Origin: Solirubrobacterales bacterium
GTDB taxonomy: Bacteria > Actinomycetota > Thermoleophilia > Solirubrobacterales > 70-9
Direction of reading: 5' to 3'
DNA length: 64,000 bases
NCBI GenBank assembly: GCA_035705945.1
Contig: DASSVR010000025.1
Location: 11,508-75,507 of the forward strand
The position numbers and the translations under genes were made by a program. Numbering within the stretch: the first letter of the stretch is position 1; every line of letters begins with the position of its first letter. A model generated the notes under the pieces. That model saw nothing but the letters and a program-made list of their open reading frames with translations, had not been told where the DNA came from and ran no database searches. Shown here piece after piece: positions 1 through 8,487 of the stretch.

Positions 1-316
1 GGGCCAGCTCGTCGTCGCAGGCGACCAGGTTGGCGTCGCAGGCGGTGATCTCACGCTTCAACTGGTCGAGGCGGCCGCGCCCGAAGTAGCGGTCCGGGTC
101 GGGCTGCGATCGTTGCTGGGTCGCCACTCCGGCCGTTGCCACACCCGCCGTGCGCAGCAGCTCCTTCAGCTCCGCTAGCGGCTCGCCGTCCTCGTGCCCG
201 CCGACGATCCCGATCGCCAGCGCCCGCTGGCGGGCGCGTCGGCTCGCTGCCCCGGCACCGTTCACCGACCCCGCGTAGCGGGTCTGCCGCTGCCTGTCGT
301 TTCGCGAACCCTTCAC
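1..316 (-). CDS. hflX: GTPase HflX, N-terminal part only (gene continues past the left window edge)
   Basis: Hand translation of the minus strand from GTG at 316..314 gives VKGSRNDRQRQTRYAGS...RALAIGIVGGHEDGEPLAELKELLRTAGVATAGVATQQRSQPDPDRYFGRGRLDQLKREITACDANLVACDDELA. This is the typical HflX N-terminal domain pattern. It is absent from the ORF track because the window edge truncates it. The exact start is uncertain. Confidence 0.7.
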   Translation of the reverse strand, partial: MKGSRNDRQRQTRYAGSVNGAGAASRRARQRALAIGIVGGHEDGEPLAELKELLRTAGVATAGVATQQRSQPDPDRYFGRGRLDQLKREITACDANLVACDDELA

Positions 317-324
317 TCAGGGGA

Positions 325-330
325 ATTGTA
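325..330 (-). promoter_or_regulatory. -10-like hexamer TACAAT 8 nt upstream of the hflX GTG (leaderless-mRNA candidate)
   Basis: The minus strand reads TACAAT-TCCCCTGA-GTG and there is no Shine-Dalgarno sequence in between. Confidence 0.3.
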
Positions 331-363
331 TGCGGCGCTCCCCGCCCGTTAGGGTTGGGAGCC

Positions 364-1371
364 GTGAAGGTCTTCGTGACGGGAGGGACCGGCTTCATCG
401 GCGGCGAGGTCGCGCGCCAGCTGCGCGAGCGGGGTGACGAGGTCGTCTGCCTGGTCCGCAGCCCGGAGAAGGGCGAGCGCTTGACGCAGCTCAGCTGCGA
501 CCTCGTCGCGGGCGACCTCGGCGACGAGCGCGCGATCCGGCGGGGGCTCGAGGGGTGCGACGCCGTCATCCACGCCGCCGCCGTCTACGAGGTGGGTATC
601 CCCGCCTCGGAGCGCCAGGCGATGCGCGAGGCCAACGTCGGCGGCACCGAACGGGTGCTGGGAGCGGCGCTGGAGGCACGGGTTCCGAAGGTCGTCTACG
701 TCTCCACCGTCGGCGTCTTTGGCAACACCCACGGGCGCATCGTCGACGAGTCGTACGAGCACCCCGCCCAGGACTTCACCTCCGCCTACGAGGAAACGAA
801 GTGGGAGGCCCACCAGGTGGCGAAGCGGCTGATCGGCGAGGGCCTTCCCTGCGTGATCGCCCAGCCGGGTGGCGTCTACGGCCCCGGCGACACCTCCTCA
901 ATCGGCCGCCTGCTCGATCAGTACCTGTCCGGGAAAATGCCACTGGTGCCGTTCCCCGAGCTGGGGATCTGCCTCACCCACGTCGAAGACATCGCCGGCG
1001 GCATCCTGCTCGCCCTCGACAAGGGCACGCCCGGAGAGGCCTACGTGATCAGCGGCCCCACCACGACCGTACGGGAGGCGCTCACCGTCGTCGCCGGCCT
1101 GACCGGCCGCAAGCCACCGAAGCGGGCGCTGCCGACGCCGTTGCTGAAGGCGATGACCCCGATCGGCCCGCTGGTGGGCAAGGTGATGAACCAGCCTCCG
1201 AACCTCCGAGAGATGATCTCCTCGGCCGACGGCGTGACCTTCTGGGCTTCCTATGACAAGGCTCAAAAGGAGCTGGGATACGAACCACGGGGCCTCGAGG
1301 AGGGCCTGCGGGCACTGCTCATTGCGGAGGGTCGGATTTCTGCGAGCCCCACGGGTTACGGTAGGTCTTAA
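364..1371 (+). CDS. NAD-dependent epimerase/dehydratase (extended SDR family)
   Basis: ORF 136..1371 trimmed to the in-frame GTG at 364, so the N-terminus is VKVFVTGGTGFIGGEV (Rossmann GxxGxxG). A YEETK (YxxxK) catalytic motif is present. Confidence 0.8.
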   Translation: MKVFVTGGTGFIGGEVARQLRERGDEVVCLVRSPEKGERLTQLSCDLVAGDLGDERAIRRGLEGCDAVIHAAAVYEVGIPASERQAMREANVGGTERVLGAALEARVPKVVYVSTVGVFGNTHGRIVDESYEHPAQDFTSAYEETKWEAHQVAKRLIGEGLPCVIAQPGGVYGPGDTSSIGRLLDQYLSGKMPLVPFPELGICLTHVEDIAGGILLALDKGTPGEAYVISGPTTTVREALTVVAGLTGRKPPKRALPTPLLKAMTPIGPLVGKVMNQPPNLREMISSADGVTFWASYDKAQKELGYEPRGLEEGLRALLIAEGRISASPTGYGRS

Positions 1372-1398
1372 TTCGGGGCGGACCTTACCTTTAGAGGA

Positions 1399-1425
1399 GG
1401 AGCCGCCCCCCGAGGGGGCGGCTCC
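1399..1425. terminator. GC-rich hairpin between convergent genes
   Basis: GGAGCCGCCCCC-cga-GGGGGCGGCTCC is a 12-bp perfect inverted repeat. Neither side has a clear U-tract. Confidence 0.4.
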
Positions 1426-1461
1426 AGTTGCTGGTTGGTCTACCTGACCCTCAGCGTCTGC

Positions 1462-2061
1462 TTAACTCGATACGCCGAGACCATGCGGGCTTGTGACTGT
1501 GTATGTCGCTTCCCATTTTGCGGAGGGAATCGCGCCGCAGTCGATCACGGCGTCGACGTGCAAGGTCGCGTGACCTGAAGCGACTCCTGTCAGTTCGCCG
1601 AGGTGCGTTTTTTCAACGGTAGTGCAGTGTACGTACCCGATTAGAGGCACTCTCACTGTTACTGTTGCATCCTTAGACCACACTGTTCCGTTTGTGCCGG
1701 AGGTCCATTCAACTGTAAGTGTGCCCGGATCGTGGACTGTGACCAATCTCGTGCAGCCACTGAAGCTGAGGCCTGCTTCGGGATTTGGGCCCCCGTGTTC
1801 TGTGCCTTCACCCTGGATATGGGTCCCGGTGAAGGTCGTCGTGACTCCATGGACATGCGATGCGGTGCATGTGTTCTGGACGCTGCCCGATGTGTTTTTC
1901 AGGACTGCCGTGGTTTCTGGAGTAAGGCTTGCTGTGATTGTGACGGAGTCGTGTTGTGTCACCCCTGTTTCCTCGAGTGTCGTCGCCGAGGCGGTGCTGG
2001 CGAATGCCATGAAGGCCATCGCCGACACGGCGGCGAGGCCGAGCATCTTCAGATACTTCAT
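1462..2061 (-). CDS. Small secreted Thr/Ser/Val/His-rich protein, unknown function
   Basis: The 199-aa ORF has a Sec-type signal peptide (MKYLKMLGLAAVSAMAFMAFASTASA) and a strong RBS (AAGGAGAAATCAC-ATG). It has 4 Cys. Its G+C is clearly lower than that of its neighbours. Confidence 0.75.
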   Translation of the reverse strand: MKYLKMLGLAAVSAMAFMAFASTASATTLEETGVTQHDSVTITASLTPETTAVLKNTSGSVQNTCTASHVHGVTTTFTGTHIQGEGTEHGGPNPEAGLSFSGCTRLVTVHDPGTLTVEWTSGTNGTVWSKDATVTVRVPLIGYVHCTTVEKTHLGELTGVASGHATLHVDAVIDCGAIPSAKWEATYTVTSPHGLGVSS

Positions 2062-2220
2062 GTGATTTCTCCTTTGTCCGCCCGGGTAAGAGCCCGGGTC
2101 CTACTTGGGTACGAGGAGAGTCCTATCATCCCTGGGGCGCCATAGTCAAGGGGATTTGAGTAGTTTCTCGAGAGGAAGCGGCGTCCAGTCAAGAACGCCT
2201 AGGTATTCAGAGGGCCCGCC

Positions 2221-4881
2221 CTAGCAGGGCAAGCCGATCCGCGGCTTGCTCAGCTGCGTGCGCCCGTTCTGGGCGCGGAGGCGGATCTCGACGCGTGGTC
2301 TGACCTTGCAGAGGTTGCGGCTGTTTTCGATCAGGCCGCGTTTGCCGCCGAAGAGGTTCATCTGGAAGCTGGTGACGGGGGCATCGGGGAGGCCGAGGAA
2401 GCGGGTGCGGACCCTCGAGGTGCCTTTCTTCTGCACCGAGTCGATGAAGCCGACGAGGATGATCCGCAGCTGGCCGCGCAGGTCGGCGACGATGTCGGGT
2501 AGTTCGCGGGCGCCGCCGTTACTGCGGAAGTAGACGTTGCCGCTCAGCGGTTGGTCGAGCAGCGGGCTCTTCGCGGTGACCCTGCCGAGGATCGATTTCG
2601 GCGGGCAGGCCTCGGCCGCGAACTGCACCCGGGTGCAGGGGTTGTTGATGTGGGCGTTGTCGATGAACTGTGAGGCGGGCAGGCTCACGGTGGCGTGGGC
2701 GGTGTTGGCCTGGCCCGGTTTCTGGGTCAGCTTCGCCCGCACCGCCGGGTTGCCGGTGCGTTTGGTCGAGCCTTTGAAGGCGAGGCGCAGCTTCGGTTTG
2801 TAGGGGAGCTTGGCGCAGTCGCTGGCCCGGAAGACGCTTGAGGGCTCGGCGATCGCGCCGGTAGTGGCGGTGACCGTGGCGGTGATCTTCTTGGTGGCGC
2901 AGCTCGTCGGGTTGAGGGTGAATTCGGGGCGGTCGACCAGGACCCGGATCTCGCGGTAGGCGATCGGTACCCCTTCGAGGATCTGCGGCAGCGGATCGGT
3001 GGTGATCGTCGCCAGGGCGGTTTCGGGGTCGACGTTGATCGCGGCGCGGTTGACCACCACGCCGAGGTCGAAGGGTCCGGCCTGGGCGGGGACCACCGAG
3101 ACGACCGAGTAGGGCGCTCCTTTGTAGGGGCCGGCCAGGTAGGCGGTGGGGGTGGGCTTGCCGGGCTGCGGGATCCAGAGCGGCGCACCGCCCACGCCCG
3201 AGGAGGCGGCGAGGCTGCCGAGCCTGGAGCCGAGCGGGCAGGCGCCGGTGGCCGCCGCGACCTCGGGGCAGAGCTCCACCCCGGCGAGCTTCGCGAGGAG
3301 GCCCTTCGGCATGTGCAGGGCGATCGTCTGCGGGTTGGCTTCGCCGTCAGAGCGGGTCAGGGTGAAGGCGAAGGGGGTGTATTGGCCGCCGGAGGGGACG
3401 AGGCTGCCGGCGGCGAGCTGCGGGGAGAAGCCGCCCTTGCCGCAGCCCTGGGTGACGTGCAGCGGGGTCTGGCCTTCGAGCGGCGGGGTCCCCGACCAGG
3501 GGGTGAAGGAGTAGTCGATCAGGTAGGTGCCGCAGGCGGCCGGGGTGGCGATCGGCGCCCGCGGCCCGCCGAAGACGTTCAGCCGCAGCGCTGAGACCGG
3601 CACCTGGGGCAGGCCGCCGAGGGTTTCGATCCCGTCGAAGACGGTGGTGATCTGGCCGCTCAGCGGGTTTGCTTCGATCTCCGCCGGCAGCTTCAGGTGG
3701 ACGCCCTGGTCGTCGGCGACGACCCAGAAGCCGAAGAGGCGCCCGGGCTCTGGGGTGCGCTGGTAGACCGAGCCGTGCAGGGTCTCCTCGAGGGCCGGCA
3801 CCTCGGCTTCGATCGTGCCGATCTTCGCTGCATCGGGGCACTCGGCGGCGACGTTCTCGCCGAAGTGGACCTCTTCGGCCGAGCAGGCCTCGAGGCCGTC
3901 GGCGGCGGCGGGGTTGATCGAGAAGCCGGCCGGCAGGCTCACCCGGGCGCTCTTCAGGGTCGAGGTGGCGTTGCCCTGGGGGGATTCGTTCTGGGGGATC
4001 ACGAGTTCGGTGTCGATCCCCGTGGGGGCGGCGGCCTCGGGGTTGGTCAGATGGGCGCTGAAGGTGGGGGCGAATTTGACGTTGCCGCAGCCGGTGATCT
4101 GCGGGAAGGGGGCGCTCATCGTCGAGGGCTGATCGGGCAGCTGGTAGCTGCGGGCGGTGACCACGACTTCGCGTTTCAGGCTGCAGTCGGTCGGGTTGGA
4201 GATGAACGGGACTTCCGGCGTCGATACCGGTCTGCCGCCCGGCGGGGTTTCCCCGTTCACCACCTCCATCGGGGTGACCCGCTCTTCGTCGTGCTCGGAG
4301 GAGGCGGGGATCCCCCAGACCGTCGTCGTCGCTTCGGAGAGGCCGGTCACCGAGGGCAGGCTCTCGGCGGTGGCGATGACGCTGTAGTCGGTGGGGTCGA
4401 TGCGGACGTTGACGAAGGCCGGGTAGGCGCCGGCCATCAGGCCGAAGCGGGCGACGATGTCGGTGCCTTTCGGCGCCACCATGTTGTAGAAGGGCTCGTT
4501 GAAGACGAAGACGTAGGGCTGCAGGGTGCGCACCGCGGAGATCCCCACCTGGGACTCGAACGGGCAGGCGCTGGTTTCCGGCGCGGTGCCGAGCTGCTCG
4601 GCGGTGCAGCGGGGGATCGCCTGCGGGTTGCCGATCACCCCGGGCGGCAGCTCAATCTCGATGTCCTTGGCGGCGGCGTAGGGGCTGTTGCCTTTGCGGG
4701 TCAGGGCGACGCCGATCGTCATGTCGGCGTGGGCGCCGGCCTGTTTGTCGCTGAGGCTGACGAAGACCGATTCGATCGCGAATTTGTCGAATTCGTCTTC
4801 GCCCGAGGCGGGCGCGGCGAGGGCGGCGGCGAGGGCGAGCGCCGTGGCAGCGAGGACGGCGATCCGGCGCGCGGCGCTCAT
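2221..4881 (-). CDS. Large secreted protein, unknown function (886 aa)
   Basis: ORF 2221..5310 trimmed to the ATG at 4881 (MSAARRIAVLAATALALAAALAAPASGEDE, a signal peptide). This ATG overlaps the upstream stop as ATGA. The part of the ORF upstream of it is Arg-rich out-of-frame overlap with the preceding gene. Confidence 0.8.
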   Translation of the reverse strand: MSAARRIAVLAATALALAAALAAPASGEDEFDKFAIESVFVSLSDKQAGAHADMTIGVALTRKGNSPYAAAKDIEIELPPGVIGNPQAIPRCTAEQLGTAPETSACPFESQVGISAVRTLQPYVFVFNEPFYNMVAPKGTDIVARFGLMAGAYPAFVNVRIDPTDYSVIATAESLPSVTGLSEATTTVWGIPASSEHDEERVTPMEVVNGETPPGGRPVSTPEVPFISNPTDCSLKREVVVTARSYQLPDQPSTMSAPFPQITGCGNVKFAPTFSAHLTNPEAAAPTGIDTELVIPQNESPQGNATSTLKSARVSLPAGFSINPAAADGLEACSAEEVHFGENVAAECPDAAKIGTIEAEVPALEETLHGSVYQRTPEPGRLFGFWVVADDQGVHLKLPAEIEANPLSGQITTVFDGIETLGGLPQVPVSALRLNVFGGPRAPIATPAACGTYLIDYSFTPWSGTPPLEGQTPLHVTQGCGKGGFSPQLAAGSLVPSGGQYTPFAFTLTRSDGEANPQTIALHMPKGLLAKLAGVELCPEVAAATGACPLGSRLGSLAASSGVGGAPLWIPQPGKPTPTAYLAGPYKGAPYSVVSVVPAQAGPFDLGVVVNRAAINVDPETALATITTDPLPQILEGVPIAYREIRVLVDRPEFTLNPTSCATKKITATVTATTGAIAEPSSVFRASDCAKLPYKPKLRLAFKGSTKRTGNPAVRAKLTQKPGQANTAHATVSLPASQFIDNAHINNPCTRVQFAAEACPPKSILGRVTAKSPLLDQPLSGNVYFRSNGGARELPDIVADLRGQLRIILVGFIDSVQKKGTSRVRTRFLGLPDAPVTSFQMNLFGGKRGLIENSRNLCKVRPRVEIRLRAQNGRTQLSKPRIGLPC

Positions 4882-7800
4882 CGGCGGCCCCCCTGCGCTC
4901 GGCGCTGGCGTGGTTTGTGTTTTTTGACGCAGATGACCTTGCCGGCGCGTTTGACCTTGCGCTTGCCCTTGCCGCAGCGCTTGGGTTTGGGACTCGGCTT
5001 GGCGCCCAGCGCGAGGGTCTGCACCGCGAAGGGCGCCGGCGGCGGGCTCATCCCCGGGCGGCAGCCTTCGCCCGCGCATTCTTCTTTCACCGCTTCGGCG
5101 AAGCCGCCGCCGACCCGGGCGTCGTAGATCGAGGGCGTCGCGTCGACGTCTGAGCCGGTCAGGAGCTCGGCGCTGAAGAAGAAGACGTCCTCGCCCGTCG
5201 GGCTCACCGCCCAGAGGAATTCGTTGCGAAGGCTCTGGGGGGAGGAGATCAGGTAGAGGCAGCCCTCGGGTGCCGGCGGAGCGCAGCTGCCGACGCCCTC
5301 GGCCTCCCACTCATAGACGTCCTTGAAGCCGTCTGAGTCGCCGCCGACCAGGGGCTCGCTCGACTCGAAGAAGGCGCGCTGGCCGTCGGCGCGCAGGTTC
5401 TCGATCCAGGCCTGCGAGAAGGAGAGGGGGATGTTTTCCTCCCGTCTTTCGGTCTGCAGGGTCGCGTCTTCGTTAGGCGGGGCGCCGGTCGGGTTGCAGG
5501 AGAGGCACCAAAGCTCCCCGGCGGCGGAGTCGTAGCGGTAGATCTGCGCTTTTTCGGCGGGGTCGTAGTCGCTCAGCTGGGCGCGTGATTTGAACAGGAG
5601 GACGCTGCCGTCGGCGCTGGCGCGGGCGGGGACCTTGCCGAAGCGCCCGGGGAACTGGGGGTTTGCGGCATCGACCCAGAGGCCGAGCCCGTCGACGGTT
5701 TCGATCCCCGAGAGGACTTCCCCTTCGACGTCGCGGTCGGTGAGCGTGGCGACGAAGCTGACCTGCCCCTCCTCGGAGAGGTAGAGGTTCTGCGCCGCGG
5801 CCTGGGGTTCGTCGCCCTCGGGGTTGGGGCCCGATCCCGAGATCGCGGTCTCCGAGACGAAGTAGGCGGCTGACCCCCCCTGGGCGAGGAAGACCGGGAC
5901 GGCGTCGCCCGTTTCGCTGAACTCGATCACTTCCTCGCTGCTCGCGTCGAAGGCCTTCAGGTCGCCGTCTTCATCGACATAGAGGATCCGCCCGCCGCCT
6001 TCGGCGAGGCCGGCGTAGGTGATCCCTTCGCCGATCTCGAAGGTCTCTTCGTTTTGGTAGCGCAGGTAGAGCGTCGTGCCGACTTTGAAGGCGACGAGCT
6101 CGCCGTCGAGCGAGGCGCCCATGTAGAAGGCGTCTTCGCCGGCGCCGAGGGGGACCTCGCCGGGCAGCAGCGAGACCACCTTGGTTTCCCGTTCGCCGGC
6201 TTCGGGGCCGGGGACGCGGTCATAGATCGCGATCGTGCCGTCCGGCGCGGCGGTGGGCTCGAGCTGGATCGCCGGCGTGTTGCCGCCCGAGGTGAAGACG
6301 ATGTGGCCGCCGCCCCCTGAGATCAGCCGGCCCACCGCCCGGGGGTCGGTGCCGAGGCTGCCCTGGCCGATCAGCTCCGAGTGGCCGTCGGGGAAGCGCA
6401 CGTAGTTGGTCGGCTCCCCTCCCACCACCGCCGTGCCCGCCACCTCCGCGACCCAGAAGCTGTGGCCCTGGTCGGGCGAGCCGGTGCCGGCGATCACCGA
6501 TTTCGCCTCGGCGCCGGTGGGGCCGATGTAGGTGGTCTGCCAGCCCGCTTCGGTGCGGGTCGAGAGGTAGGGGTCGCCGAGGAAGGAGCCGGTGCCGGGG
6601 AAGCCCGGGATCGAGCCACCCTCGACCTTGAACGGCACCGCTTCGCCCCCCGGGGAGACCTGGCGGATCGTGAAGGAGTTGATCTCGCGGGTGGTGCCGA
6701 TCGGCGCCCGGCCGTTGGTGTCGGGCGGCGTCACCAGCTCATAGGCGCGGCAGTCGGGCAGAAGCGCCGAGAGGCCGGTGCGCAGCAGCGGGTTCGGGCA
6801 GAATTCCGGCGGCTCGACGGGGAAGCTCGGGTAGGTGGCGAAGCCCGCCTGGGCTTCGTCGTCCCCCAGAGAGTTCTCGGCGAAGACCCGGAAGCGGTAG
6901 CTCCTCCCCGCTTCGAGGCCCGTCAGCGCCGCCGAGACCTCGAGGTCGAGGTTGCCGGCCGGGAGCGTCCCTTCGCCGGCGAGCGTCGCCCCTTCGAAGG
7001 GGTCTTTGGCTTCTTCTTCGTTTTGCGCCGCCAGCTGGGCGGTGATGTAGTGGAGGGTGTAGGTGGTTTCGAGGTTGCGGGGGTTGACCTTGGCCACCAG
7101 TTCGGCTTCGGTTTCGCTGACGTTGGTGGCTTCGGGCGCTTTCACCTCCGGCTCGTCTTCGGTGACTTCCTCGAAGGCGAAGGAGTGGCCGGTCCCGGTT
7201 TTGTGGGAGGGGACGTAGAGGTTGCCCTTGCTCAGGCTGGTGGACCCGTTGTCGACCCCGATCTGCGCCCCGATCTCCCCGTCGAAGCCGCCTTGGATTT
7301 TGATCTCCGTCACGAATTCGCCGTCGGCGGTGAACTCGTAGAGTTTCTTGTTTTCCGTGTCGTGGGCGAACAGGTGGCCAGTGTTTTCGTCCACTGCCAG
7401 CGAGATGAAGTTGCCGATGTCTTCCCCCGGCAGCGCCGACTCTTCGATCGTGTCGACTTTTTCGTATTCGCCCGGCGGCGGCCCCACCACGCTCGTCAGG
7501 TCGAAGATGTCGATCCGCCTGATTTCGAGACCGCCCGGTTCGAAGCTCGCGTAGAGCCGGCCGCGTGAATCGTCCACCGCCACCCCGACGCCCCGCGCCA
7601 GAGCCGTTCGGACTTTTACGTTCCCTTCGGCGGCGGAGGTGTACTCGGTCACACCATCGCCCCTGGAGTTGACGAACAGGTGGTCGTTATCGGCGTTGAT
7701 CGCCAAGGCGGACGGTCGCTGGCCCGGGTCGGGGGCGAAGGCCACCGGATCGCTGCAGTATTCGATGTTGCCGGCTTCCGGTTCGTAGGGAGCGCACGGC

Positions 7801-8348
7801 GTGTAGCGGAGGATTTCCTTGCCGGGTGAAATGAAGACCCCGGCATATAGAACACCCTGGCTATCGACCGCGAGCGACATCGGGCCGAAGTTGAACGGGG
7901 CGTCGAGCACGATCTCCTCGATGAAGAGGCCGGACGGGTCGAAGATGTCGATCCGCCCTTGCGTGCCTTCGTCGTTTTTCCCGAAGACGCCGACGTAGAT
8001 GTTGCCGTGGAAGTCGGTGGCCACCGCCCTCGGGTCGTCGAACTTTTCGAGAGGATGATCGACCCCCGCCACCCCGGGCGGAATTGGACACAGCCCGGGG
8101 TCGGGGACTTCGTCGATCGCCGAGGTGCTGCAGTCGCCGGTCAGAGAGAGTTCCGGGTCGAAGACGCGTTCGCCTTCCGCCGCCAGCGCGGTCGGAACAG
8201 CCATGACCGCAAGCACGAGCCCGACCGCAAAGGTCCAGCGCAGGATGAAAGAACTTCTCCCGCCGCTCTTGCCTATCGCGTCCCGATTCAATGTAAGCCC
8301 CCCAATGATTCGTTCCCTGATAAGACCTCTGCTATTCCTCGTCAGCAC
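4878..8348 (-). CDS. Very large secreted multi-domain protein with NHL-like propeller, FN3-like module, PD40/TolB-like propeller and a Cys-containing polybasic tail
   Basis: The 1156-aa ORF has an N-terminal hydrophobic segment (FAVGLVLAVMAVPTALAAEGE). It contains repeated DxxGNIYV / VDSQGVLYA / VDDSRGRLYA-type blades, then an FN3-like stretch (GLEAGRSYRFRVFAENSLG), then DVYEWE / SIYDAR PD40-like motifs. The annotated start is GTG 8348. An alternative TTG at 8291 is preceded by GGGGGG. Confidence 0.75.
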   Translation of the reverse strand: MLTRNSRGLIRERIIGGLTLNRDAIGKSGGRSSFILRWTFAVGLVLAVMAVPTALAAEGERVFDPELSLTGDCSTSAIDEVPDPGLCPIPPGVAGVDHPLEKFDDPRAVATDFHGNIYVGVFGKNDEGTQGRIDIFDPSGLFIEEIVLDAPFNFGPMSLAVDSQGVLYAGVFISPGKEILRYTPCAPYEPEAGNIEYCSDPVAFAPDPGQRPSALAINADNDHLFVNSRGDGVTEYTSAAEGNVKVRTALARGVGVAVDDSRGRLYASFEPGGLEIRRIDIFDLTSVVGPPPGEYEKVDTIEESALPGEDIGNFISLAVDENTGHLFAHDTENKKLYEFTADGEFVTEIKIQGGFDGEIGAQIGVDNGSTSLSKGNLYVPSHKTGTGHSFAFEEVTEDEPEVKAPEATNVSETEAELVAKVNPRNLETTYTLHYITAQLAAQNEEEAKDPFEGATLAGEGTLPAGNLDLEVSAALTGLEAGRSYRFRVFAENSLGDDEAQAGFATYPSFPVEPPEFCPNPLLRTGLSALLPDCRAYELVTPPDTNGRAPIGTTREINSFTIRQVSPGGEAVPFKVEGGSIPGFPGTGSFLGDPYLSTRTEAGWQTTYIGPTGAEAKSVIAGTGSPDQGHSFWVAEVAGTAVVGGEPTNYVRFPDGHSELIGQGSLGTDPRAVGRLISGGGGHIVFTSGGNTPAIQLEPTAAPDGTIAIYDRVPGPEAGERETKVVSLLPGEVPLGAGEDAFYMGASLDGELVAFKVGTTLYLRYQNEETFEIGEGITYAGLAEGGGRILYVDEDGDLKAFDASSEEVIEFSETGDAVPVFLAQGGSAAYFVSETAISGSGPNPEGDEPQAAAQNLYLSEEGQVSFVATLTDRDVEGEVLSGIETVDGLGLWVDAANPQFPGRFGKVPARASADGSVLLFKSRAQLSDYDPAEKAQIYRYDSAAGELWCLSCNPTGAPPNEDATLQTERREENIPLSFSQAWIENLRADGQRAFFESSEPLVGGDSDGFKDVYEWEAEGVGSCAPPAPEGCLYLISSPQSLRNEFLWAVSPTGEDVFFFSAELLTGSDVDATPSIYDARVGGGFAEAVKEECAGEGCRPGMSPPPAPFAVQTLALGAKPSPKPKRCGKGKRKVKRAGKVICVKKHKPRQRRAQGGRR

Positions 8349-8487
8349 CTTATCTCATTGCCCAAGCTGTCTAGGCCCCGGAGAAGGATCCGGTCCGCTG
8401 TCGGCGGTGCAGTCAAGAGCAGTTGAGTTACTAAAAACTGAACTATCGTTGCGGCGGAGTGAGTCTAGAGCTCCCTTTCAGCGGAAT

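Noticed and set aside
4882-5310. Several ORF-track entries have long N-terminal extensions. They are 2221..5310, 47781..49286, 55613..57124, 56602..57699, 42926..43972, 43815..44873 and 30876..31598.
   Set aside because: The extensions overlap the preceding gene out of frame and are Arg/Pro-rich. Conserved protein N-termini begin at internal ATG/GTG/TTG codons that coincide with stop/start overlaps.
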